From the NCBI GenBank assembly GCA_040755995.1, contig JBFMAF010000027.1, positions 17,392-81,391 of the forward strand: 64,000 nucleotides of DNA, read 5' to 3'. The stretch comes from Acidobacteriota bacterium (lineage in GTDB: Bacteria; Acidobacteriota; CAIWXX01). This document shows, piece after piece, positions 55,551 to 64,000 of the stretch. Position 1 is the stretch's first letter. Each line of letters begins with the position of its first letter. The notes under the pieces were generated by a model. That model ran no database searches. It saw only the letters and a list, made by a program, of their open reading frames with translations, and was not told where the DNA came from. Position numbers and translations under genes: made by a program.

Positions 55551-56429
55551 GTGAGAGATCTGCGCGTCCTCGGGGCCTACCTGGGCTGCTGCGTGATGTG
55601 GGCCCTGTCATGGATCTTCATCAAGATCGGAATCAGAGACTTCCCTCCCATGCTCTTCGCCGGCATTCGATGCGTGCTCTCCGCGGGTGTGCTGTTCGTG
55701 TACGCGCGCCTCGCCGGCTCGCCCGTGCGCCTGCGAACAGTGTCGCACTGGTCCAACTTCCTGGTCGGCCTCTTGTTCTTCGGTGTGCCTTTCATCATGA
55801 TCTTCGTCGGCGAGCAGACTGTCGACGCGTCGGTGACGGCCGTCGTCTTCGCATGCTCTCCGACCTTCTCGGTCACGCTGGCGTGGATCTTCCTCAAGGA
55901 GCGTCTCTCGCCGCCGCGGGCCCTCGGGGTGCTCCTCGGTCTCTCCGGCATCCTCTACCTCTATCTGCCGGCTCTCGCCGCAAGCGGCTTCAAGGCCAAT
56001 GAGGGGCTGTTGATGATACTGCTCGGGGCCCTCTCAGGAAGCATTGGGATGATCATGGCCAAGACATACCTGCATCAGGAGAGCCCTGCGACCGCGCTGC
56101 CGATACAGATGATCCTGGTCGCCCCGGTGATTCTGCTCGCGTCTGCTCTCACCGAGTCGATCGACGACGCGAGATGGACGGCTTCGTTCGCGCTCTCGCT
56201 CGCCTACCTGGCCGTCTTCGCGAGCGGCGTTGCCTACGCCCTCTACTTCTGGCTCCTCAAGCGCCTGCCTGTGGCGCAGCTTGTCTACATCGACTTCATC
56301 TACCCCGTGCTGTCGATCTTCTTCGCGCGGATGGTGCTGGGCGAGCCGGTCAGTCCGCGCCTTGCCGCCTCAACCGCGCTCATCATCTTCGGCGGCTGGT
56401 TGACCTCCCGCAGCCGGCCACCGGCCTGA
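55551..56429 (+). CDS. EamA/DMT family transporter
   Basis: WALSWIFIK, PPMLFAGIR, FLKERLS, YLAVFAS, LGEPVS; ~10 TMs. Confidence 0.9.
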   Translation: MRDLRVLGAYLGCCVMWALSWIFIKIGIRDFPPMLFAGIRCVLSAGVLFVYARLAGSPVRLRTVSHWSNFLVGLLFFGVPFIMIFVGEQTVDASVTAVVFACSPTFSVTLAWIFLKERLSPPRALGVLLGLSGILYLYLPALAASGFKANEGLLMILLGALSGSIGMIMAKTYLHQESPATALPIQMILVAPVILLASALTESIDDARWTASFALSLAYLAVFASGVAYALYFWLLKRLPVAQLVYIDFIYPVLSIFFARMVLGEPVSPRLAASTALIIFGGWLTSRSRPPA

Positions 56430-56713
56430 GCCCGGTCGGCTACGTCGCCCCGAGCGAGAGGGTCAGCCCGGTGACCGGTTTTGGTGGATGAGTGCGCCGA
56501 GGACGATGGTGCGCCGATGCCGTCAACCTTGACTCCAGTGAACCCCGTTGATATCGTGCGGCCAGGTGTTCCTGGTAGTGCTGCAGACGATTGTGAAGCA
56601 CGGCCGGGAAGCGACATGGCCCCTGGGGCTGCGCCGAAGAAGAAGAAGGTCCGAATGAGCGAGTGTAACGTTGCGAGCTTCCGGAGGCCCGAGGGGAGGG
56701 GGGAGCGGAAAAG

Positions 56714-58813
56714 ATGATTCTCCTGCGATCAATCAGAAACAGAATTGCGCTGTGGGTTGGATTCTGCGTGATTTTCGCGACAGCCGTGGTGGTCGGATAC
56801 GGGTCCTACACAAGCCGGATTGCGGCTCGTGAGGCCGCGAAGCTGAACCTCCTTGCGGCCGCCAGTGCCGATGCCTATGCCGTGGGAGAGAAGATGGTCG
56901 GCGCCCTTGACGCCGCCCGCACGATTGCCCAGGCGCTCTCGTCGGTGAAGCGATCCAACACCGGCTTGACGCGCGCCCAGGTGGACGCGATGCTGAGGGC
57001 CGTTCTCGAGGGCAATCCGGCCTTCGTGGGAACATACACGGCCTGGGAGCCCGACGCATTCGATGGCAAGGACGGCCTTTTCGTGAACAAGCGCGGCAGC
57101 GACGGGACCGGCCGATTCGTACCCTACTGGAACCGGAACTCTGCCGGCGCCATCGTTGTCGAGCCACTGGTCGGGTACGAAGACACATCTACGGGGTCTT
57201 CCGGGGGACGCGTAGGCGACTACTACCTGTTGCCGCGAGAGCGGAAACGCGAGTGCGTCATCGAGCCCTATGTTTATCCGGTGCAAGGGAAGCCGGTGCT
57301 CATGACGTCGCTCGTGGTGCCGATTGTGGTGGATGGGGTCTTCTGTGGGATTGGAGGATGTGACCTGCCGTTGGAGTTTCTTCAGGCGTTCGCCACTCGA
57401 CGCGAGCACCTCACGCCTGGGGCCGAGCTGTTGATCGTCAGCCACGGTGGGCTGACTTGCGCCGCGAGCGACCGGCCCGAGCTCGCGGGCAAGCACATCA
57501 GGGAGGTGTTCGGGCAGGACTGGCAGCCGCTTCTGGAGGTAGTCCGGGCTGGCAGGGAGCACCTGACGCTGGACGAACGGTTCGTTACGGCCTCCGCGCC
57601 GCTCCGGCTTGGGGACACCGAGACTCCATGGGCGGTCGTCATCCGCGGCCCCGCATCAGAGATCGTGGCCAAGGCCTCGGCGGCCATGTGGAAGCAGATC
57701 GGGCTGGGCCTGGCATGCACGGCGGCCGCCCTCCTGTTGATCGGATTGATTGCGACTGGCATTGCGAGACCGATCAACCAGACCGTGCAGGTGGCTCAGT
57801 TGATCGCACAAGGAGAGATCGCCCGTGCGCGTGACTCCCTAGGTGCTCACGCCGTCGCGGGTGGCCCTGGTGCAACTCCCGGCGTTCAGGTGCTCGCTGA
57901 AATCCGGCGCGAAGACGAGGTCGGCGTGCTGCTGCGAGCCGTCTCGACGATGACGCAAAATCTCTCCTCGCTGACCTTGCAGGTGCAGCGAGCCAGCGTT
58001 CAACTCGTCTCTACCGCAACCGAGATCGCGGCGACTTCACAGCAGCAGGAACAGAGCGTCGCGACACTAGGCGCGTCCATGACTCAGATTGTCGCGGCGG
58101 TCAAAGAGATCTCAGCCACTTCGCAAGAGCTCGCGAAGTCCATGGAAAACGTGCGCGTCGCCGCCTCAATGACCGTCAATCTCGCCGACGCCGGACGCGC
58201 CGGGATTGGAGGAATGGAAGGATCGATGCGGCAGATGGCATCGGCCACCGCGTCGATCTCCAAGAAGCTCGGCGTGATCAACGAAAAGGCCACCAGCATC
58301 AACTCGCTCGTCACCGCCATCACGAAGGTCGCCGATCAGACCAACCTGCTTTCGCTCAATGCGGCGATCGAAGCCGAGAAGGCCGGTGAGCACGGATTGG
58401 GGTTCGCCGTGGTCGCGCGCGAGATCCGCAGATTGGCCGATCAAACGGCCGTCGCGACCCTCGACATCGAACAACGCGTGAAGGAGATGCAGTCGGCCGT
58501 CTCCGCCGGGGTCATGGAAATGGATCGCTTCCAGCAGGAGGTCACGCAGGGATCTACTGCCATAGAAGAGATCGGGCGTCAGCTCGGGCAGATCATCGAA
58601 CAGGTGAAGATCCTGGTACCGCAATTCGAATCCGTCAACGACGGGATGCAGGCGCAAACACAGGGGGCAAAGCAGATCAGCGATGCCATGCTCCAACTGA
58701 GCGAGAGCGTGCGCAGCACGTCTGATTCACTCAAGCAGTTCAATCAGGCCACCGAGCAGCTTCGAGAAGCCGCCGGCGCTCTCCAGGTCGAGATCAGCCG
58801 GTTCAAAGTCTGA
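56714..58813 (+). CDS. methyl-accepting chemotaxis protein with dCache sensor (WspA-like signalling domain)
   Basis: Two TMs, WEPDAFDG...GRFVPYW...EPY sensor, [34 protein letters not shown]. Confidence 0.92.
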   Translation: MILLRSIRNRIALWVGFCVIFATAVVVGYGSYTSRIAAREAAKLNLLAAASADAYAVGEKMVGALDAARTIAQALSSVKRSNTGLTRAQVDAMLRAVLEGNPAFVGTYTAWEPDAFDGKDGLFVNKRGSDGTGRFVPYWNRNSAGAIVVEPLVGYEDTSTGSSGGRVGDYYLLPRERKRECVIEPYVYPVQGKPVLMTSLVVPIVVDGVFCGIGGCDLPLEFLQAFATRREHLTPGAELLIVSHGGLTCAASDRPELAGKHIREVFGQDWQPLLEVVRAGREHLTLDERFVTASAPLRLGDTETPWAVVIRGPASEIVAKASAAMWKQIGLGLACTAAALLLIGLIATGIARPINQTVQVAQLIAQGEIARARDSLGAHAVAGGPGATPGVQVLAEIRREDEVGVLLRAVSTMTQNLSSLTLQVQRASVQLVSTATEIAATSQQQEQSVATLGASMTQIVAAVKEISATSQELAKSMENVRVAASMTVNLADAGRAGIGGMEGSMRQMASATASISKKLGVINEKATSINSLVTAITKVADQTNLLSLNAAIEAEKAGEHGLGFAVVAREIRRLADQTAVATLDIEQRVKEMQSAVSAGVMEMDRFQQEVTQGSTAIEEIGRQLGQIIEQVKILVPQFESVNDGMQAQTQGAKQISDAMLQLSESVRSTSDSLKQFNQATEQLREAAGALQVEISRFKV

Positions 58814-59280
58814 TGATGTTCCTCATTCTCACGGCGGGAGCCGATTCGTATGCCTTGGCGGCCTCGCAGGTCACCGAGGTGGTGCCGATGGCGCGACTAC
58901 GCTCCTGTCCCGGTGCGCCTGATTACGTGGCAGGGCTGCTCAACTTCCGCGGGCTTGCCGTGCCGGTCATAGATATGTGCCGGCTGGCGGCGGGGAAGGC
59001 GAGCGCCGAGCGATTGAGCACGCGGATCATCCTGACCCCGTACAGGCGCCGCAACGGCCTGCAACGACTCATCGGCATCATGGCCGAAGGCGTGACGGAC
59101 GCGGTTGACATGAAGCCGGAGGAATTCGCATCGTCCGGGGTCCATGCGGATGGATCCGAGTATCTCGGCGAGATCGCGTGCGGCCCGCGAGGGATGGTGC
59201 AGAGGGTGGAGGTGGAACGCCTGCTTCCGGTCGACGTCGATGGGTTATTGTTCGATGAGGGGACCGATGCCGGCTCCTGA
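58813..59280 (+). CDS. wspB: CheW-like protein (WspB)
   Basis: EVVP, APDYVAGLLNFRG..VPVID, RLSTRII, YLGEI. Confidence 0.8.
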   Translation: MMFLILTAGADSYALAASQVTEVVPMARLRSCPGAPDYVAGLLNFRGLAVPVIDMCRLAAGKASAERLSTRIILTPYRRRNGLQRLIGIMAEGVTDAVDMKPEEFASSGVHADGSEYLGEIACGPRGMVQRVEVERLLPVDVDGLLFDEGTDAGS

Positions 59281-60532
59281 CGTCTTCCGCGACGTGCAGG
59301 AGCTGCTCTCGCGCGAGATCGGCCTCGACTCGGGATCGATCGGCGCCGGTGCTATCGCAAGAGTCGTGGGACGAAGGATGAGTGCCACAAGCTGCACGAC
59401 GCCGGAGGAGTATACGCGAGTGCTCCGGAGGGAGCCGGCCGAGGGCCAGATGCTGATCAACGCGATGGTGGTTCCCGAGACATGGTTTTTCCGCGATGGT
59501 GAGCCGTTCAGATTCCTGGAGAATCTCGTTCGAGACGAGTGGGCGCCGGGCCGGCAGGATCGGGTCCTGCGCATCCTGAGCATCCCCTGCGCGAGCGGCG
59601 AGGAGCCCTACTCGATTGCGATGAGTCTCCTGGCAGCCGGCCTTCCCCAGGACCGCTACCGCATCGATGCCGTAGACGTGAGCACGGAGCTGCTGGCACT
59701 GGCGAAGGAGGGCGCCTATGGACTTCATTCGTTCCGCGGCGTGGACCCGGTGGTTCGCGATCGGTTCTTTTACGCTCGCGGTCGCCGGTTCGTCCTGCGC
59801 GAAGAGGTTCGCGTTGGGATCGCCTTCCACCACGGCAACGTGCTCGACCCGAGATCTCTCGATCTGAGCGTCCCCTATCACATCGTCTTCTGCCGGAACT
59901 TGATGATCTATCTGCACGCGGAGGCACGCCTGCGCGTCGTCGAAACTCTCGACAGCCTCATGAGCGAGGACGGCCTGCTGTTCGTCGGGCACTCAGAGTT
60001 GTTCCCGATGCTCATGGCGCGGTTTCCGATCGACCCGCATCGTGGCTCCTTCGCCCGTCGCAAGGGATCATTGTTCGGCACAGCTCAGCGGGAGCCGCCG
60101 GACCCGAAGCCTGAACCGCCGCGGGTAGCACCTATCCCGAGACCGGGTCCCGTGCCCGAGATCGCCGTGGACTCCCCCTCGCTCGCCAAGGCGAAACAGG
60201 TGACAGATGCCGGCAGGCTCGCCGAGGCGAAACGGCTGGCAGATGCCGGCAGGCTCGCCGAGGCGGAGGCTGTCTGCAGGGAAGTCCTCGATCGATCGCG
60301 GGGTCGAGACGCCCAGGCCCATTTCCTCCTGGGGGTCATTCTCGGAGCGGCCCGCCTTGGAGAGAAAGCCGAAGAGTGTTTCGCCCGCGCTTTGTATCTT
60401 GACAGCGAACACTACGATGCGATGATGCACCTGTCGGTGCTGAAAGCCCGGAAAGGGGATGCCGAGGGTGCGGAGCTGCTTCGAAAGCGAGCCGAGAGGG
60501 CAGCGCGGACAAACGAGGAAGAAGTTCGATGA
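59267..60532 (+). CDS. wspC: CheR methyltransferase with C-terminal TPR (WspC)
   Basis: IGLD..SIG, VVPETWFFR, LSIPCASGEEPYSI, FCRNLMIY, ALYLD..H; start reassigned to 59267. Confidence 0.85.
   Translation: MPAPDVFRDVQELLSREIGLDSGSIGAGAIARVVGRRMSATSCTTPEEYTRVLRREPAEGQMLINAMVVPETWFFRDGEPFRFLENLVRDEWAPGRQDRVLRILSIPCASGEEPYSIAMSLLAAGLPQDRYRIDAVDVSTELLALAKEGAYGLHSFRGVDPVVRDRFFYARGRRFVLREEVRVGIAFHHGNVLDPRSLDLSVPYHIVFCRNLMIYLHAEARLRVVETLDSLMSEDGLLFVGHSELFPMLMARFPIDPHRGSFARRKGSLFGTAQREPPDPKPEPPRVAPIPRPGPVPEIAVDSPSLAKAKQVTDAGRLAEAKRLADAGRLAEAEAVCREVLDRSRGRDAQAHFLLGVILGAARLGEKAEECFARALYLDSEHYDAMMHLSVLKARKGDAEGAELLRKRAERAARTNEEEVR
60181..60267 (+). repeat. in-frame 36-bp tandem duplication (~2.4 copies) in wspC
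   Basis: LAKAKQVTDAGR-LAEAKRLADAGR-LAEA with near-identical DNA. Confidence 0.8.
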
Positions 60533-61185
60533 GCCTCGATCGCTCGATGGATTGCTGGAACGCAATCGGGGTCCTCGGAGATCGGTCATGCCCGGCCCTC
60601 TCGACCTACGTCCATTGTCGCAACTGCCCCGAGATGATGTCGACCGGCAGGAGGCTCCTCGACCGAGCCCTCCCGGATGAGTATCGCAGCTCGTGGGCCG
60701 ATCTGCTTTCGAAGGAGATACCCCGAGACGCTCCGTTCGACAGCTCGGTGACTGTCTTCCGGTTGCGATCGGAGTGGCTCGCGATCTCGACGAAGGCTTT
60801 CGTCGAAGTCCTGGACGTCCGCCCCTTGCGCAAGATCCCGCACAGGACCAACGACGTTTTCCGGGGCCTTGTCAGCGCCCGTGGAGAAATCCATCTATGC
60901 GTTTCCCTGTCTGCGCTGCTGGGACTCGACGCAGAGAGCCCGGTTGCGAACACAATGGCCGAACGAATGTGCGTCGTGCGCCTCGGCAAGTGGAGTTGGG
61001 TCTTTGCAGCCGACGAGGTGGCGGGGGTGGTTCGTTACCGTGCCGCCGAGCTCATGCCGCCTCCAGTCACAGTGCAACGGGCGCTCCCGCGTTTCACCGC
61101 AGGCCTGCTCGAAAGCGGCGGCCGGAAGATCGGGGTGCTCGATGAAGAGACGGTCATGCAGGCCCTGCACCGGAGCCTTGGCTGA
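60529..61185 (+). CDS. wspD: CheW-like protein with N-terminal Cys motif (WspD)
   Basis: DCWNAIGVLGDRSCP.L..YVHCRNC, FRLRSEWLA, IPHR. Confidence 0.88.
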   Translation: MSLDRSMDCWNAIGVLGDRSCPALSTYVHCRNCPEMMSTGRRLLDRALPDEYRSSWADLLSKEIPRDAPFDSSVTVFRLRSEWLAISTKAFVEVLDVRPLRKIPHRTNDVFRGLVSARGEIHLCVSLSALLGLDAESPVANTMAERMCVVRLGKWSWVFAADEVAGVVRYRAAELMPPPVTVQRALPRFTAGLLESGGRKIGVLDEETVMQALHRSLG

Positions 61186-61357
61186 GGCGCCTCTGCGAGA
61201 TCTATGAGACCAGGACGATGAGGCTCCAGATAGGCTCGACCATATCTCGATCCCGTGGCAGCAGGCATCTGCCTGGGCTTGCTGCTGAACGATTGGGATC
61301 GAGCTCGAGGTGTTTGAACGGTAGGACCACGTCATGTCTGTGCCGATGGGGGTTTTG

Positions 61358-63616
61358 GTGAGTGGCCAGGACCTGAGCGGCTTCTCGATGATGGACCTCT
61401 TCCGCACGGAGGCGGAGGCGCAGACGGCCATCCTGACCGAGGGGCTGTTGGCGCTCGAGCGCGAGCCCTCGGCCACGGAACGGCTCGAGCCGCTCATGCG
61501 CGCCGCGCACTCGCTGAAGGGTGCTGCGCGCATCGTCGGGCTGGACCAGGTGGTGGTTCTGGCGCACGCGTTGGAGGACTGCTTCGTCGCCGCCCAGCAC
61601 GGAGCGCTCACGATCGGTTCCGAGCAGGCCGATCTCCTCCTCAAGGCCGTTGATCTGCTCGCCCGACTGGCGAACATCCCCGAAGCGGATGCGCCGTCGA
61701 GGCTCATGGCGCTGCAGGGCCAGATCGACGAGACGGTCCGGAGGCTGGGCGAGGTCAAGAGCGGCTCGCCGCCTCCGCCGGCTACCGAGCCGAAGGCAAT
61801 GGAGCCGCCGCCAGCCGTCAAGCCTCCTGAGCCGGCGGCAGCTGTGAAGCCTGCGGCCTCTCCCAGGGACATCTCCGATGCCGACCGCGCGGTCAGAGTA
61901 ACAGCAGAGAACCTGACGCGCATGATGGGGCTCGCAGGAGAGACACTCGTTCAGTCGCGTCGCATGGAGTCTGTCGCGCAGCGGGTGGGGCAGCTGGCGA
62001 GGCATCATGCGGAGCTTTCGCGATTGATCGAGAGGGCGGGTTCGGTCGAGGAGCTGCCGTCGCTTTCCGATGTGCTCTCCGATCTGCAGCAGCGCGTGAC
62101 GCAGGCCGAAGGCCTCGTCACCGTATCCGCCACAGAATTGGATGAACAGGCGCGGCAGTCGCTCGACGCCTCCGAGAGGCTCTACCGGTCGGTCATAGGG
62201 AGTCGCATGCGTCCGTTTGCGGATGGAACGCAGGGTTTTGCACGAATGGTCCGCGATCTCGCGCGTGAGCTCGGCAAGAAGGTCCGGTTCGAGATCCTGG
62301 GGAAGTCGACCGAGGTCGATCGGGACGTGCTCGAGAAGCTCGAGGCACCGCTCACGCACCTTCTGCGCAACTCGCTCGATCACGGGCTGGAGCTGCCGGA
62401 GGAGCGCGTTGCATGCGGGAAGAACCCGGAAGGGGCGCTTCGTTTGGAGGCGACGCATCGAGCCGGCCAGCTCTACCTGACGGTGTCGGACGATGGTCGC
62501 GGGATTGACGTCGAGAGGCTGCGGCAGAAGGTCGTCTCACAGGGACTCGAAGTGGAGGACGTGGCGAAGAGGCTCACCGAGACCGAGCTTCTCGAATTCA
62601 TCTTCCTCCCGGGGTTTTCCACCGCAGAGCGTCTCTCCGAGATCTCGGGTCGCGGGGTTGGACTGGACGTGGTGCGCGCGTTGACGCGTGAGCTCGGAGG
62701 CGGCGTCCAGGTGGAAAACCACGCGGGGCGCGGCCTGACCTTTCACCTGCGTTTGCCGGTGACGCACTCCGTGCTGCGAACGCTCCTGTTCGAGGTCGCC
62801 AACGAGCCTTTCGCCCTGCCGCTCAACCGCATTCGCCGCCTGGCCATGGTTGATCCGCACGGCTGCCAGACGCTCGAAGGGCGGCCCTACGTCGTTCTCG
62901 ATGAGGGCAACGTCGGGCTCGTCGATGCACGCGAGGTGTTGGAGCTCACCGCGGGCGCAAGAGCCGCTGCCGAATGGGCCGCGGTAATTCTGGAAGACCG
63001 CGATGGTTGCTATGGGCTCGTAGTCGACCGGTTTCTGGGCGAAAGCGAGCTCGTTGTCAGGCCAATGGACCCACGGCTCGGCAAGGTCGCCGACGTCAGC
63101 GCTGTTTCGACGTTGGGCGACGGGTCCCCGGTGCTGATCCTGGATGCCGAAGACCTGTCGCGATCCATTTCGAAACTGCTTTCCGGCGGGGCTCTCAGGA
63201 AGGTCGGCCGGGCAGGCGCCGAATCCGCGAAGTCCCGTCGCAAGCGGATCCTGGTTGTGGACGACTCGATCACGGTGCGTGAGCTCGAGCGCAAGCTGCT
63301 TCGGAACAGCGGCTATGAGGTCGAGACGTGCGTGGATGGGACTGAGGCCTGGAATGCGGTGCGCGTGGCTCCATTCGATCTGATCGTCAGCGACGTGGAC
63401 ATGCCGCGTATGGACGGGATAGAGCTCGTGCGCCGTATCAAGCAGGACGCGCGCCTGAGTGCGACGCCCGTCATCATCGTCTCTTACAAGGATCGGGACG
63501 AAGACCGCATGCGCGGGCTCGAAGCCGGAGCCACACACTACCTGACCAAGAGCAGCTTTCACGACGAAAGCTTCGTCCGCGCGGTGAAGGATCTCATTGG
63601 GGAGGCGGAGTCGTGA
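61358..63616 (+). CDS. wspE: CheA-like hybrid histidine kinase (WspE)
   Basis: HPt LMRAAHSLKGAAR, HLLRNSLDHG, GFSTA, SGRGVGLD, CheW domain, receiver VVDDSITVRE...DVDMP; start 61358 or 61334. Confidence 0.9.
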   Translation: MSGQDLSGFSMMDLFRTEAEAQTAILTEGLLALEREPSATERLEPLMRAAHSLKGAARIVGLDQVVVLAHALEDCFVAAQHGALTIGSEQADLLLKAVDLLARLANIPEADAPSRLMALQGQIDETVRRLGEVKSGSPPPPATEPKAMEPPPAVKPPEPAAAVKPAASPRDISDADRAVRVTAENLTRMMGLAGETLVQSRRMESVAQRVGQLARHHAELSRLIERAGSVEELPSLSDVLSDLQQRVTQAEGLVTVSATELDEQARQSLDASERLYRSVIGSRMRPFADGTQGFARMVRDLARELGKKVRFEILGKSTEVDRDVLEKLEAPLTHLLRNSLDHGLELPEERVACGKNPEGALRLEATHRAGQLYLTVSDDGRGIDVERLRQKVVSQGLEVEDVAKRLTETELLEFIFLPGFSTAERLSEISGRGVGLDVVRALTRELGGGVQVENHAGRGLTFHLRLPVTHSVLRTLLFEVANEPFALPLNRIRRLAMVDPHGCQTLEGRPYVVLDEGNVGLVDAREVLELTAGARAAAEWAAVILEDRDGCYGLVVDRFLGESELVVRPMDPRLGKVADVSAVSTLGDGSPVLILDAEDLSRSISKLLSGGALRKVGRAGAESAKSRRKRILVVDDSITVRELERKLLRNSGYEVETCVDGTEAWNAVRVAPFDLIVSDVDMPRMDGIELVRRIKQDARLSATPVIIVSYKDRDEDRMRGLEAGATHYLTKSSFHDESFVRAVKDLIGEAES

Positions 63617-64000
63617 GAATCGCAATCGTCAACGACATGATCCTCGCCGTGGAGGCCCTGCGGCGCGTTGTAACTAGCCGCCCCGATCTTTCGATAGCCT
63701 GGGTGGCTTTGGACGGCCAGGAGGCTGTTGACAAGTGCGCCGCAGACCGCCCCGATATCATCCTCATGGACCTCATCATGCCGGTGATGAACGGTGTAGA
63801 GGCGACGCGGCGCATCATGCGCGATTCTCCGTGCGCGATCCTCGTCGTTACGGCTACGGTTCAGGGGAACATTTCACTCGTGTTCGAGGCCATGGGGTGT
63901 GGTGCGCTGGACGCCGTGCAGACCCCGGTGCTCGGGCCGGGCGGCCACATCAGCGGAGGTGCCGATCTGCTGGCGCGCATCGGTATCGTCGGCCAGCTCC
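63613..64000 (+). CDS. wspF: CheB-type methylesterase response regulator (WspF), truncated by the window end
   Basis: GTGA overlap with the wspE stop; translates MRIAIVNDMILAVEALRRVV...PDIILMDLIMPVMNGVEATRRIM...PCAILVVT; absent from the ORF track because there is no stop. Confidence 0.85.
   Translation, partial: MRIAIVNDMILAVEALRRVVTSRPDLSIAWVALDGQEAVDKCAADRPDIILMDLIMPVMNGVEATRRIMRDSPCAILVVTATVQGNISLVFEAMGCGALDAVQTPVLGPGGHISGGADLLARIGIVGQL

Overview
GC-rich bacterial window, probably from an anaerobic or facultative diderm. Taxon is not determinable; the gene content is compatible with Acidobacteriota or a deltaproteobacteria-like lineage (inference). The main feature is a ~19 kb multiheme cytochrome locus (1.9-21 kb) that looks like a cytochrome-nanowire and extracellular electron transfer system. 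It has four proteins carrying the motif order of Geobacter OmcE: one tetraheme, two variants with an inserted fifth CXXCH, and one OmcE-like domain fused to a longer cytochrome. It also has deca- and dodecaheme periplasmic-type cytochromes, a probable outer-membrane beta-barrel, a parvulin PPIase, two NHL beta-propellers and an embedded GT-C / sulfatase / TMTC-like module. Six sigma54-type -24/-12 boxes precede its transcription units, and a degraded IS91-like remnant marks its left edge. The rest of the window holds glycoside hydrolases, an ECF sigma triad, a large ankyrin protein, a PDZ-GAF-PP2C phosphatase and an anaerobic aromatic-degradation operon (oah, dch, xdhC, yqeB, had, hcrB-like, fused hcrC-hcrA-like). 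It also holds a lone topoisomerase VI B subunit, Pit/DUF47, an MglA-like GTPase, a GNAT-NSAR/OSBS-PIG-L operon, a fliA-flgM cassette without flagellar genes and a Wsp-type chemosensory operon truncated at the right edge. No rRNA, tRNA or CRISPR array was recognised. All family calls come from motifs read by eye; no searches were run.
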